A DNA stretch of 64,000 nt from Octopus sinensis (lineage: Eukaryota). The stretch spans positions 60,326,001-60,390,000 of the forward strand of contig NC_042997.1 in NCBI RefSeq assembly GCF_006345805.1. Direction: 5' to 3'. The notes beneath the pieces were generated by a model that saw only the letters and a program-made list of their open reading frames with translations, was not told the origin of the DNA and did not search any database. The translations under genes were made by a program, and so were the position numbers. How positions within the stretch are numbered: the stretch's first letter is position 1; every line of letters begins with the position of its first letter. This document shows, piece by piece, positions 1 to 15,013 of this stretch.

Positions 1-2021
1 TCTGGTGGTCCAATATGTAAATGGAAAACAAGAAAGACTCATTAAGTCTTCTATTTTGCTTTTATTCAGTGCATATACTAAGGTTTACGCTAGCGTATAA
101 GTTTGAAAGCATTTTGATTGAGCAATTTTATTTTCTTTACTTGTACAACAAATATTTTCGTTCAGGTGATGGCATTTAAGTATTTGACTTTCTCACAATG
201 TTTTCGCTTCAAAGTGATAACCGACTAGGTACTTAAATATCAGTGTTGCTTGAATGTGGAACACTATTCCGATATCTCCTTCACTCACACACACACAACC
301 ACAAAGCTGTATATTCAATTTCAAAGTGCCGCGTATTAAAGGAAATCGAAAGCTACATATTTCAACAAAGGCATGTCAATGTGTGTGTGTGTGTGCACGT
401 GCGCGTGTGTATTAACATTGCCTATATTACATACTTAACATTCGTGTGTTGTTGAATGCCAGCAATTACGATTTTTTTTTTTTGTCCGAGAAAATTCCTT
501 TAAAAACGTATAGCGTTACAAAAAATAACAGTATACGTTCAGAGCTTGGCGAAACGAAATTACGTCAGAAATTTATCACAAGAATGGAGGATACTCATTT
601 TACTGTATTTGCAGCTTATCAATATCGCGTACTTGAACCACTTCCGAAACGAAATCGAAATTCCTAACCTGAAGTATATACAGATAGATTAAAATCTATT
701 TACTGATTTGCAGTAGCACTGCACAAATAGATCACATTATTATTATGCAATTGACGCAGCTCTATATTGTAGACATTTTCAATACGATATACTTGATGTA
801 CGTGTGCTAACACTATATGTCTTTAAAGTAATTTTTCCTGAACGATAACTTGCAACTTCTGGTGTTTAAACAACACACGAACAACGAATCTAAAACCTGT
901 TTTAGTTTTGGTGCAAAATTTAACATAATAGAAATTTTATTTAATTTGTGGTAAGAATCTAATGAAATAGTTTAGATGTGAGAAACGAAAAAAACATTAA
1001 GTATAAAAGTCAACAGATAAGTAAAAGATAACGCGAGGGATGGAAGTGGGGTGCAATAGAAAAGAATGCCAAGTGAATATAGATCAGTATTCGATTAAGT
1101 ATATAAAAATAATTAGGGTTATGTCCTTGCCATAACGCTTAACGGATATAGTTTTCATTTGTGTTTAAAGCGATCAAACATGCCAGTGTGTCACCACTAA
1201 TAATAGAGACTTCTTTGCTCTCATTTAATGCAATAACAAAGGTCCAAGAGCCTTGTCAGAAAATAGTAACCGTGTGTTACTAATTATCAATTTACGATCA
1301 CTAACACAACACTAAAATGAGAGGCAAGGTTCCCCTAACTCGGTTTCATATATGACATCAGACGTCTCATTTGCAATTGAAACATCAATAAGACAAAGAA
1401 AGATAATGATGGTCAATCTATCACCACCAAGATTGGTAATCACAGAAATATTTTCCATAGACAAGATAGCAAATTAAGAATTATCCATTATCAACAGATC
1501 ACAGCCTGTCTTAACCGAACTCAATCTTATACGTCGTCAACACACTGAACACACTGCACATATGCCTCAGAACCATGTTCCTCTTTCTCTCCTTTCTCTT
1601 TCTCTCTCTCCCTTCCCCTCTATCTATCTATCTCTATCTATCTATCTAATAATCTATCTTTATCTATGAGTCTCTCCCTCTGTCGCTCCTGCTCTCTCGC
1701 ATATATGGTGTTCCCTAGGAAAGAACCCGACATTCTAAACAACTAAAGTTCTGTTTCAAAGATATACCGAAAATATTTCTCGAAGATTTTGGTATCGAAC
1801 CCTTCATAAGGTCTCGAACAACTAAAAACCCAGCTCTCGGTGCCTCTTACTCTATCTAGGAATGGTGGTTTAACAGCACAAAGAACATTGAATCTCTGAG
1901 GATACCACCTCATATGGGATACAGTATATACATGGTACGGCTGTTAATAAGTGATCAAGCTCCTGACACATTGATGGAGCGTGCCACCAACACACACGCA
2001 CACACACACACGCACACACAC

Positions 2022-2086
<65 letters not shown>

Positions 2087-2669
2087 CCTCTACAAAACGG
2101 GTCGCTACCAACTTTGGGTAATCTTCCGAACACTTCTGAAATAAAATGGTTTTGTAATATATATATATACATGCATAAACGCTCACATATGCATGTAGGT
2201 ATGTATTCATACATGTATATATGCATGTTGTATGTATGAGTGAGACAGATTTGCACCTACATGTTTATAGATATACGCGTAGTGTGTATCCGCAACTATA
2301 CTATGTGAGTATGCAGATATATACGTAGACATATATGCACTCATACATACACGCATGTTGCGTTTAAAGGCAAATGTTTGTGTGTTAATGTATTTTTACG
2401 AACGATGTGTAAATGTTGGCAACACGTACCTGTATAGTTGTCTATCATACTGAAATGAATCAGTCTGCAAAAGTTTACAAAATAGAAAAGGTCTTATATA
2501 AATTATTCATGTTCTTATATTTACGTATGCCAGTGATAGTTTATACATGTTTAACGTGTCATGTATTTCTATGCACACGTCATTCACGTTGTATTTCTAC
2601 TTCATTATGCAGATTTTAAATCTGAAGAAAGAAAAAATAGTGAGACAGCTGTACGCATTCCTTTGATAG

Positions 2670-2874
2670 CTTTTACCCCGGATCCACAGCAAGGCTGCGG
2701 CAGCTGCTGTTTTGTATATCGTTGATGAGCAGGGAGTGGCAATCAGAAAGAAGAATGAAAAAAGAAAAAGAGGTGTCTATGAAGGCAGGAGAAAACAAAT
2801 TGGATAACTCCAAGAATGGGCGCAAACTGAACTCTGCTTCTGAGATTATGTTTCAAAACTTTATCTGGCTCCAG
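2670..2874 (+). CDS. Candidate exon A of an unidentified spliced gene: FYPGSTARLRQLLFCISLMSREWQSERRMKKEKEVSMKAGENKLDNSKNGRKLNSASEIMFQNFIWLQ
   Basis: Stop-free frame 2644-2874 in non-repetitive sequence, ending at a strong donor CAG|gtgagg (phase 0). Possible acceptors ctttgatag|2670 or ccacag|2690; in-frame ATGs also present, so the 5' boundary is uncertain. Confidence 0.5.
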
Positions 2875-3295
2875 GTGAGGCAGAAACTGTGTTAGAATTA
2901 AGGTGTTAACGATAGTAACAGGTAAGGATCGTAGCAGTTCATTCTATATTCTGCAGCGAAGCTTTTAACTCAAGTGACATATCTAATCGTGACTAAATGG
3001 ACTGGTAGCAAAATTTGTTGCTTGAACAGAAAACAAAAACTGCATAAGGTGCAAACTTTACAACCTAAAATACTATTTCGAATTATATCATCAGTAGAAT
3101 ATTTTTAAAAGATATAAGATGACTTAATTTTTTTTTTTAATTTGTTATTTGCTAGAGATGCATCTTTGATTGTCGTAAGCATTTTTAGATGTCTATATAA
3201 GAAAGGGTATTCGGGATTGTGTTTAAAATTTTTTCTTCTGTCATTCGTTAGGAATTTTTATAACTAATGAATATTACATGGGATTCATTGTAAAA

Positions 3296-3950
3296 TCTCT
3301 TATATAAAATCCATTCTGTCTGTCTGTCTGTCTGTCTTCTCGGATCTTGGGCATCCTCCATCCGATTGCGCTCAAATTTGATATGTAGATACCGACGGTA
3401 TCAGGGCGTGTATAAGTCTTGAAAAAATTACAAAAATCAATTCCAGGTGAGAATGCGATCGATAAAGCCGTTTTTGTCCTGCTTTTCTTCCGTCAACCTG
3501 AACATAACTGCACTTTCCATTTTTTATTATTTTTGTACTGCTTAAAGGCACGTTTCTTTCCTGCCAAGCTTACTGTTTAAACCATGTTTGTGTTCTCCCA
3601 GTCAACAGCCTTATCATTACTGGTACTTTAAACTCTTCGGTTACATATTTGTGTGAATAACATCGTTTTTCTTTGGAATAGAAAAAAGTCTGTTTTTATT
3701 TTTTCTTTTGCTTGTGTCTCAAATTTAGGTTAAATCAGTGTTTCTCAAAGGGGAGGCCTATGGGACGGCCGGACAAGTTGTTTTAAGAAAATTTGGTTTA
3801 AATGTTTGACAACTCAGCACCGTCCATTGGACGGGGGGGGGCGTTTTGCTCGTCAATGATAAAGGCAGTATTTCCAAGTAATAATTACTGGGGCCGATAG
3901 GATCAACAAAAAAGCTTTAAATGCGATCCTGACGTATGGGCGCTAACCAC
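3296..3950 (+). mobile_element. Non-autonomous Helitron-like repeat fragment
   Basis: Starts A|TCTCTTATATAAAA followed by (GTCT)n and ccgattgcgctcaaatttg, the typical 5' layout of non-autonomous Helitron/DINE-like elements. No 3' hairpin-CTRR end seen; end approximate. Confidence 0.4.
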
Positions 3951-5120
3951 TAACTGAAACAAATAAAAGACCAAAAGAGTATGCGCTTTTTGTTGTATTT
4001 TTCTGAAGATAAACTGAATTATATTGAATTGACTTTTCGACATTATAACTTTTAAAAGAATTGGTTCAGTAAATTTTATGAGACATCAATTATTTTTATG
4101 ATTTTTAACAACCTATTTCTATTCTCGAACCTGTTTTAAAAAAAGAGTCGTTTTGAATCAGTAATCACATTTATCACTTTATGTTGTATATTAACAAGAA
4201 TATTTAAGTAATCTACAAACACTTATCTTGCAAATAATAGGTTTATGTCATAAAAATTATTCTGCAATGGTTGATGCAAAAAATACATTGCTTTACCCGG
4301 TTTTGGGTTTTGCTTCCTTTTACGATTAAATATTTCATATCAATTTTCACTGCGAGACGAAGTGTGTTTCTCATACGTAACATACACATAAATTGTACCT
4401 TATTCTTCGTCCTCTCTCTCTCTCTCTCTCTCTTTCTCTCTATCTCTCTCTCTCTCTCACTCCCTTCGCTCTCCTTCTCTCTCCCTCTTTCTCGATATTT
4501 GCCCCTTCTTGCGTCCATATTGTATTTTTATTGCTGTATATTACATTTTAATTTTGCAAAGACAAAATTCCTGTATTATGTTCATTAATATATACTGAGG
4601 TGAGGAACGACATCGGTGAAGTAATTTTTATTGCAGTTATGCAGAAATAGGACAAGAAGTTGTTTCTTGAATTTATTGATTTAGCTTACATATAGAAAGC
4701 TTCCCACTGACTCAATGAGTCCTGGCTCTTTCAGGATGAGTTAGCTTTGGGTTTTGTAATTTAGTAACGTAAATTTAAGGCTCTGTTTCTATCATACTAC
4801 GCACAAGAACGAACTTTATCGCTCCTTCAACATTTCTCTACTTGCGCAAAACAACAGGGGATTCTAGTTATCAGGTTGACAACTCCTGTGAAATAACTTG
4901 TCTTAAAGTAACACTGAAAGAGTCAGGAGTGGCAGAATGGCTGGTTAGCACAGTGGTATCAATATATTAGAGAGTGTGCATTATCGTAAAGATGGAGAAC
5001 GTGAACAATGATGAGTTTCAAGTGACGGTGGAGTGCATCAATAGTCAGTATTGAGCCTACTATTATTTTCTGATGTGATAGTGATGCTGACCCTGATCAT
5101 AAAAAGGAAGGCTTAACATA

Positions 5121-5440
5121 AAGACCCCCTTCAGTCATGAATGACTATGGGATTGCACCTAGAAAATTTCCCTCCAAGGCACAAGTCCGAGCAAGGTTGC
5201 TTATGGAAGACCAGGAGTCACCCATACATGCCAGCCTCCCCTTTCCACGCCACTGATGTTGTCCAAGGAAATGGCAATGGTTGATACAGCTTGGTACCAG
5301 TGACGTCGCAACTCATTACAACAGCCGAGTGAACTGGGACAACGTGAAATAAAGTGTTTTGGTCAAGAACACAACACACAGCCCGGTCCAGGAATCTGAT
5401 TGTGAGCCCGATGCTCTAACCACTGAGCCATGTGTCTCCA
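5121..5440 (-). mobile_element. tRNA-derived SINE with central conserved domain and RTE-like 3' tail
   Basis: Minus strand: tRNA-like head (tggctcagtggttagagcatcgggctcaca), then ttgaccaaaacactttatttcacg core, then tail ending ggtgcaatcccatagtcattcatgactgaagggggtc. Confidence 0.7.
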
Positions 5441-6395
5441 TCGTAGGAGTTGCTAAATGCAAACTAGTGTTAATGCAGATAGTATGAATGGAGTGAAGAA
5501 GATAGATCGGTAGAAGAATGTATTGATGAAAAAGTGAATACTAGAACGAGTAAAATAGCAGTAAATGGTAAATCATGTGTTGGAACGGAAAGAAAATGGA
5601 AGTCTTGGAGAGTGTGCAGGAAGAGTGTTGCAATTAGCTCCATTAAATGTACAATATGGCCACTTCATCAAAAATGTGATGGTTAGAGAAGGTTAACCTA
5701 ATGTGACAGTTAAATTTCTTTTTTTCGAAACAAAAGCATTTTATTGAGATCTTCTCTGCGATATTTTTTAGTTTCGTTTAATTGATTGAAATTTTTACTA
5801 TTCGAGTTCCATATGATTTGTTATAGTGGCAACATGAGAGCACATTTATTTATAGTTTGTTTGTATATCATACATCATGTTTTAATGCTGTGTTATATCT
5901 TATTTTCCTTAAGGCATTTTAATTTATTTTCCAGACTTTTTGTTTTGACTTTTTATCAAATTTAGCTTATTATCACCATCATCTGTTGTGTGATATATTT
6001 TCATTGCGTGCAAGCCAAGTCTTGCCCGGAATAAATTTAGAATGAATATTCCTTATTCTCAAGCAACAATTCATTTGGGTATTTTTCCTTTTTCTCTTAA
6101 ATTACTTTATGGTAAATTTTTAGATCGTTGTTCTATTACTAGTTCAATTACATGCTTCTAAAAATTGGCTTATAGTTTCACTGTAATTCTCAACCGTTCA
6201 TGAAACTAGTACGAGACTTACTCGTATCTGGTGAAGGAGAAACCAAGTTTAAGATTAAATTGAATATTTGTTTCATTGATTTTACTACCTGACTGATACT
6301 CTTCAAGGTAAGAGAATGGGGATGAGAGAGAGAGAGAGAGAGAGAGATAGGAGAGAGAGAGAGATGGGAGAGAGAGATAGGAGAGAGAGAGAGAT

Positions 6396-6426
<31 letters not shown>

Positions 6427-6833
6427 CAATAATTCCTTATCCATATCACTTCTAATTCACTAGGTTTTGTGTTCCAGGTCTCCTTCCATATGAGACTTAC
6501 GTTTTACACCTGACAACATCTAATGAGCATGTCTTCATGGTTTTCCACTCATGTGTACCGATAACTAAGCGATGTTACTTTAAGACAAGTTATTTTACAG
6601 GAGTTATCAAGCTGATAATTAGAATCCCCTGTTGTTTTGCGCAAGGAAAGAAATGTTCGGGGAGTGATAAAGTTCCTTCTTGTGCATAGTGTGATAGAAA
6701 CATGTCAAAGTCTTAAATTTGCTACAAAACCCAAAGCTAACTCATCCTTAAACACTGAAGGTAGTTACGTACACGCGCGCGCGCACAAATACAATCAGGC
6801 GCACCACGCGCGCACAAATACAATCAGGCGCAC

Positions 6834-6874
<41 letters not shown>

Positions 6875-7155
6875 ATGCGTATGAAGCACCAAGGAAGCTA
6901 TATGGTCACGCACAAACACTTAGCTGTTAGTGCATTGCGTCTTATGGTTGAAACAGCTGTAAGCTAATGAATGTTATTACGTAAGTCCTGTTCCCTTGTC
7001 GTATATTTAATTTTGTATTAAACTCTGTACTCGCCTAACACCTTATTCTGAAGCTTACCCTTATTGAGTTCTAAAACCATTTTATTATCGCTCTGCCTAA
7101 GAGAAATCTTAATGTGTGTGTGTGTATATATATATATATAATATAATCTCTCACC

Positions 7156-7360
7156 TTTTACTCGTTTCAGTCATTAGACTGCTGCCATGCTGGGGCACCG
7201 CCTTGAATTTTAAGTCGAAAGAATTGACACCAACACTTTGTTTTTAAGCCTGGTACTTATTCTATCGGGGTTTTTTTTGCCGGACAGTTTCGTTACGGGG
7301 ACACAGGCACACCAACACCGGTTGTCAATCGGTGTCAGGGTGTAACAAACACAAGCACAA
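7156..7360 (-). mobile_element. SINE family 1, 3' half only
   Basis: Matches the 3' half of the full copies at 11236-11680 and 17217-17610 (gatagaataagtaccaggct ... cagcatggcagcagtctaatgactgaaac). Confidence 0.75.
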
Positions 7361-7371
7361 AAACACACACA

Positions 7372-7415
<44 letters not shown>

Positions 7416-7564
7416 TACACACACACACATACACACACACACACACATATATATATATACATATATATACATACATATATATACATATATATATATACAT
7501 GTATATATATATACATAAACATATATATATGTATATATATGCACATATATATACATATATATAC

Positions 7565-7605
<41 letters not shown>

Positions 7606-7774
7606 TATATACCATTCCTACTATAAATGTTTCCTATGACCTTAAACGATACTAAGCCCAACCACACACATAGATAACAGCCACAACCTCACATACACAC
7701 ACCACATACACCACACAGACCTGTGCGCACGCACATACCCACGCATACACACATACACGCATATACCTCCTTCT

Positions 7775-8040
7775 CTTGCACTCTCATGTCTTTGAAAGAG
7801 CTTTTTCTTCACCCATTCCCTTCTGGTCATTTCAATATGTGACCGCCGGTGTATCGTTGGCGATCTTTCTCCGTCTTCCCTTCCTTGGACCTTCCCTTTT
7901 TCTATGTTTCTAACGAAGAGCTCCGCTCGAAATGTTAAGTCCTCCGTCTTTCTTTCCTTTCCTGAGCGTCCAATAACACTATACTTGTTCCATGTTCTTG
8001 CGTTGTTGTGTTTTTTCTCTTTGTTCATGTTTGGATTAAC
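7775..8040 (-). mobile_element. Dispersed-repeat-like segment with a Penelope-type end motif, between microsatellites
   Basis: Contains aacatttcgagcggagctcttcgttagaaac, resembling the gtttcg...ctcttc.tcag motif at PLE ends. Flanked by (TA)n and (CA)n. Family assignment is inference. Confidence 0.35.
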
Positions 8041-8060
8041 TATATATATATAATATATAT

Positions 8061-8092
<32 letters not shown>

Positions 8093-8093
8093 G

Positions 8094-8156
<63 letters not shown>

Positions 8157-10082
8157 AAGACAAAGAGAGGGAGAAAGAGCAGTTAAAGCCAACAACATGA
8201 TGTTGAATGGCCGTTGTTTTTAAAATGAAAATAAAAGAAAAACAATTTGGCTTTTCTCCTTGGTACGAAAATGATGTAAGATGGGTGAGATAAATGAAGT
8301 CTATTTTATTAGTTACTGGGGTCAATACAAAATTAGTTTTCCGTTTAATGTACAAACTAAAATCAATTTTAAAAAGTTAATTTAATTTAGAAGCACATTT
8401 TACGATCTTCAGTTGTATATACCATACTTCAAGAAAAATATAAATAACTATAAAATCTATTTACCTTCATTTATCCACATCAATTCGTAACCCAAGGTAT
8501 TTAATATATTGAAAAAGTGAAATGCGCAAGGACATTTCTTGATGTACCAGATTCCAGTAGGCGGAGCGGCTGATAATCGGAGCCGTGAAGTGATTTGATC
8601 TGACCTAATGGTTGCTCTATTGTATTTGAATTCATTTATCTGTCTAGTCTTTGCATTTATTTTGGCCAATCATTTTAATATGTCTCTCTATATAAATAGT
8701 ATATTGTCATTGTTTCACTTCTTGGTCATACATATGGGAATATATATGCAACTATATTTGTACACCGCACGTTTAATAAACTCCTTTGTAACAAGTTTTG
8801 TACGCATGAGTAGTCCCTGATCGCACATAAATGAGGCAATTATTATTACGAGATACAGTAAACAGACAAGCACCATAGGGAGTAGTTAAGAATATTAATA
8901 GAAATGGTTCAGCTTCATGAGATGATTTTCAAAAAGTATTCGGTGAACGGCTGTAAAGAATGGTTATCTCTTCTCTCTTCGAACGAATCTAGCATATTTT
9001 CATTGAAGCAGAACCAGTTTCACTCTGTTCTCTCTCAGCCTACTCTGCAGTCACTGTTGTCCAATATCTTTGTAAATAAACTCAGCTAATATTCATTAAC
9101 TATATAAAACATTAGTATTGAACTTCCTTTCTGATAATCTTTCAGAATTCTAAATAACAGCATTTCTCAATTATTGGCCAATAGTTAAGCTGACCGCTTA
9201 AGAAGCACTTATCGAAGTTTCGATCTTATTTCGATTATCGATTGAACCCAGTTCACTTCTCGTACTATGCTAATGCTTTTGCAGGGAAAGCTTTCAACGT
9301 TATAATTCCATTTCGCTTAAAAATTGTAACCGTTGCCCAACCCAAATCAAAGTGGGTGGGGTAAATATCCTTACATACCTCTACAGAAAATCGAACCTTG
9401 TACCTCTCAAATTTCAGGTTAGCGATCTGCACCATTAAATTTAGAGGTCTTTGACTATAAGTATCATCTTTTTTTATAATGCTAAATGATATTTGGAATG
9501 TGAGAACATTTTGTAAACAAACGTGAGTCGGTAATCTACAGAAAATAAAGTATTTCTCAAACGCAGATGGGTGTGAAGACAGCTTAGAAAACTGGTCAAA
9601 TACCCTCTAGAAGACGGGAGTATATATATATCATTCCTCCTTATTAAACCTAATTTAATGGAAAATGGTAAAGCAACGAGGCTTCCGGTACTTTTCTATA
9701 AAAGAAAATATCTGAAATGCAATTGCGACAAAATTAAAGAAGGGAATCTTTTTGAGATTTTTAAATACTGTATGTTCTAAATTATATTCAAGTTGATACC
9801 AGCAAAACACTGGAATTAAAAACTTGAAGGATTTTTAATGCTTATACGAAAATATAACGGGGAATAATCAAGGCATTCGCGCAATACGAGGAATTTGTAT
9901 TCAAAGGATTCTGACTATTGTTAGATGGTCTAATATCATGACTGAAACCAAATTTATAAGAGAAAATCTTATTCACAGCGATTTTAGGTGCTTATATATA
10001 TACACACACACACTTCGTTTTTGTATCTGGTTTACAAGATTCTTTATGTGAATTCGTGTGTTGAAAAAATTTTGTTCTGTGT

Positions 10083-10290
10083 GGGGAGTGTCATACTACC
10101 TTGATATCTAACACACTCACTGGTTCAATTTCTACTCATTTATTTATTTATTTATTATATTTGTCTTCCCAAACTTTTCGTTGCTTTTGCAACCTTGTCA
10201 ATGGAAAATTTTTGAAAGACGCAAAAAAAATAAATAAATGACTAGAATTGAACCGGTGTGTTTAGATATTAAGGCAGTATGACTCTCCCC
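10083..10290. mobile_element. Small foldback/MITE-like element
   Basis: Imperfect inverted arms of about 80 bp: ggggagtgtcatactaccttgatatctaacacac... versus ...gtgtgtttagatattaaggcagtatgactctcccc. Confidence 0.65.
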
Positions 10291-10866
10291 AGACACAACA
10301 CAATACAGGTGTGTGTGAGTGTGTGTGTGTTCATATACATACACGTGCGCACACAGAGTGAGGGAGAGAAAGAGAGAGAGGAGAGAGAGAAAGAGAGCAT
10401 CTGTGTATCATGCTTAATGCAGATATGCAAATACATCACGAAAGGAAAATTAACTGCGGTCCGGAGATAAAATCACAAAACTATCGGTAGCAAATGATAG
10501 CTGACTCAATAGTGCTCCGATAAAATGCTTTGTGTTATTTAGATTCATACCTTAATGTTCTGAGGTTATATATCTTCAATGGCTTCTGGCGAGGGTCGAT
10601 AAAATCTCATTCAGTCAAATATTGGGATCAGTATAGTCTTGTATTGGAGTAGGACAATATCCCTATGTTAAAAGCCTTAGCTGCCATAAGGATCGTAACT
10701 GGCAGAATTAATAAAGCTCCTAATAAAATGCTTTGAGGTATTTAATACTACCGGTTGGACTTTGCTTTCATCCTTCGGAATCTATAAAATAATTTACTCA
10801 TTAATATGCAAGAGTCAATTTAATCGACTATGACCTGCCTGGTCATATATATAATATACATATATA

Positions 10867-11030
10867 CGACGGGCTTCTTTCAGTTTCCGTTTACCAAATC
10901 CACTCACAAGGCTTTGGTCGGCCCGAGGCTATAGTAGAAGACACTTTCCCAAGGCGGCACGCAATGGGACTGAGCCCGGAACCATGTGTTTCGCAAGCAA
11001 GCTACTTACCACACAGCCACTCCTATGCCT
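10867..11030 (-). mobile_element. SINE family 1, 5' half (tRNA head)
   Basis: Reverse complement is ggcataggagtggctgtgtggtaagtagcttgc...gaaagaagcccgtcg, followed by (TA)n. Confidence 0.85.
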
Positions 11031-11235
11031 ATATGATGAGAAAAATAATATTAGTCAATGATTGATATTATTTTACGTTTTCTGGTAAATATGGAAAACA
11101 AAATTGAACGTGCTTTAGTATTATTCCGATATCCTCAGCCAAGTGTAAGACCTTGTCGATGCGTAGGTTATTTGCCGGAGTAGTACTAAGAGAATTACTA
11201 TAAAATTATACAGTAATTCACATAGAAAAAGAAAA

Positions 11236-11421
11236 GCAGGAATGGCTGTGTGGTAAGTAGCTTGCTTATCAACCACATGGTTCCGGGTTCAGTCCCACTA
11301 TGTGGCACCTTGAGCAAGTGTCTTCTACTAAACTCTCGGGTCGACCAAAGCCTTGTGAGTGGATTTAGTAGACGGAAGCTGAAAGAATCCCGTCGCATAT
11401 ATATATATAAATATATGTATG

Positions 11422-11455
<34 letters not shown>

Positions 11456-11680
11456 TGTATGTATGTATGTATATGTTTGTGCATCTGTGTTTGTCACCAC
11501 ATCATCGAATGACAACCGATGTTGGTGTACTTACGTCTCCATAACTTAGCGGTTCGGCAAAAAAGACGGATAGAATAAGTACTAGGCTTACAAAGAATAA
11601 ATCCTAGGGTCGATTTGTTCGACTAAAGGCGATGTTTCTGCATGGCCGCAGTCAAATGACTGGAAAAGTAAAAGAAGAGT
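11236..11680 (+). mobile_element. SINE family 1, full length, with internal (TA/TATG)n
   Basis: tRNA-like head with A box tggctgtgtgg and B-box-like ggttcagtccc, internal microsatellite, conserved 3' half; many copies in the window. Confidence 0.9.
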
Positions 11681-12036
11681 ATATATATATATATATTTAT
11701 ACAAAAGTTTTTGTGAATAGCGTTGTTGGTTGAAGGATTCCATCGACCAATTATTCATTGCTCCAATTTATTTCTGATGCCAAGAGTGACAAAGGATTGT
11801 TTGGGAGATTGAATGGAATAAATCTCACAATCCATTCTTGTTCAGCAAACATCTGCATGTGTGTGTGTGTGCGCGCATATATATATATGTGTGTGTGTCT
11901 GTGTGTGTGTGTGTGTGTATGTGTGTGTGTGTATGTATGTATGTATGTATAGCAATATTTAATCCCTGACCAAGAAGTGAACAGTAGCGTCTTTCTCTAT
12001 GGGACCGTCACATATAATTAGTAAATATAGTGCACG

Positions 12037-13550
<1,514 letters not shown>

Positions 13551-13767
13551 CATGTGTGTGTGTGTGTGTGCATTGTTGTTATGATATTATTCTCATCAAA
13601 TACATTTTGAAGTGAACGGGGTAATTATATCTCACGCGTCGGCTTTTAAATGTCTTGAAATTTCAGATGCAAATTTGTTGCCATACCACATTCTTTTCTT
13701 TGACTATGATTCACTTCCTCAGTTATTTTGTGCAATTTATTAACTTCTTTTCAAAGTTTTCTGTTAG

Positions 13768-13790
13768 TACTTTGAAAAAGAGTTGATAAG
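13768..13790 (+). CDS. Candidate 23-nt microexon B (YFEKELI+AG), phase 0 to 2
   Basis: Pyrimidine-rich acceptor cttttcaaagttttctgttag| and consensus donor AAG|gtaaga. No transcript evidence. Confidence 0.25.
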
Positions 13791-14022
13791 GTAAGATATC
13801 CTCTAATTTATTATGTGTATTCTAGATATTTTCCCACGCAGCAGTAGACAGATGCGGGCGGGACTGTAACATAGTAAAACTTAACTCGGAAGGTGGTATT
13901 TCTTTGTTTGGTTTGTATATGCCTGTGTATGAATAATAGAGGTGTATTACCTTGATTTACAATATAAAAGTTAGTTGATAGTCTGAGGTTGACTAAGTTT
14001 TATTGAAATACAAAACAGAATT

Positions 14023-15013
14023 AATGATATATTGATTGAACACCCCATAAATAAATAGCTGTATTAATTTAGTGCTATTTAAAGGGAGTGTTGATATTTA
14101 TGAAGCAGCTATTCTGGAAGCACTTATATTGTGCTTGGAAAAAAAACTGCGAGTCAAAATTTTCTTGCCTCCTAACACATTTCCGTTCGTAGCTATGACG
14201 GTCATCATCATTTTTATCATTTAGAGATCTACTTGATAGCATTTTTCAATGTAAAAAGTGAAGCAACCCTCAAAAAAATGAAGACCACGTGTTTATGCCC
14301 AAATTTTAGTATCAGAATACTACCACGATTAATATGTTATATTTAAAGGTGTGACACAATTCGATCGGTGATATTAAATCCAGACCAAAGGCGGTCAACT
14401 AGCAGAATCATTTGCACGCCGGCCAAAATACTTAGAGACATCTCGTCCATTTTCACGTACTGAGCTCACATTCCACCAAAGTCGACTTTGCTTTTCATCC
14501 TTTAGGGGGTCGGTAAAATACGTACCAGTTAAACACTGGAGTCAGTGTAATCGACTTATCCTCTCCCCCGACCATATGCCAAAATTTAAAACCAGCATTA
14601 AATCCAAACCAAGATGCTGAATATAAATTTTACCAGCTCACCGCCTTTAATATCATCGTTCGAATCGTATCACACCTTAAAATATAGCATATTAATCGTG
14701 GTGGTATTCTGATATTAAAATTTGAGCGTAAACACGTGATCTCCGTTTTTGAGGGTTGTTTGACTTTTTACATTGAAAATATGCTACCAAGTAGAAGATC
14801 TCCAAATGACTCGTCTTGAAAATAATGAAAACCATCATAGCTACGAATAGAAATGAGTTAGGAGTTCAGAAAGCAAAATTTGATTTGCATTTTCTTTCCA
14901 AGCACAATATAATGTTTCAAGAACAGCTGCTTCATAAATATCAAAAACTTCTTTCGAATAAAATTAAATTAATACGGCTATTTATTTATGAGGTGTTCAG
15001 TCAGTATATCATT
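14023..15013. repeat. Long foldback element, about 360-bp inverted arms (14023-14378 / 14646-15013)
   Basis: Arms align by eye at roughly 80%, e.g. gatatttatgaagcagct, ttatattgtgcttgga, ttcgtagctatga, ccacgattaatatg, each with its reverse complement in the other arm. Confidence 0.85.
14387..14596 (+). mobile_element. SINE family 2 (Deu/Nin-domain-like) in the foldback centre, with candidate TSD
   Basis: Head aaggcggtcaactagcagaatc, core gcttttcatcctttagggggtcggtaaaatacgtaccag. Flanked by attaaatccagacc (14373-14386) and attaaatccaaacc (14597-14610). Confidence 0.8.

Noticed and set aside
617-675. Possible upstream exon LINIAYLNHFRNEIEIPNL (phase 0 to 2) compatible with the 2670 acceptor
   Set aside because: Weak donor (AA|gtatat) and no independent support; kept only as a possibility.
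5966-6111. Hydrophobic frames (LIITIICCVIYF; IFPFSLKLLYG, resembling an MFS/SLC33 motif) near a G|gtaaat donor
   Set aside because: Stops in every frame from the best acceptors; the motif is easily produced by AT-rich codons.
6777-6845. 29-bp unit present twice (cacgcgcgcacaaatacaatcaggcgcac)
   Set aside because: Simple slippage duplication at a CA/CG microsatellite edge; no spacers, not CRISPR-like.
8608-8820. 70-aa hydrophobic ORF ending TSFVR, superficially PDE3-like
   Set aside because: No suitable splice sites or phase; composition explained by AT richness.
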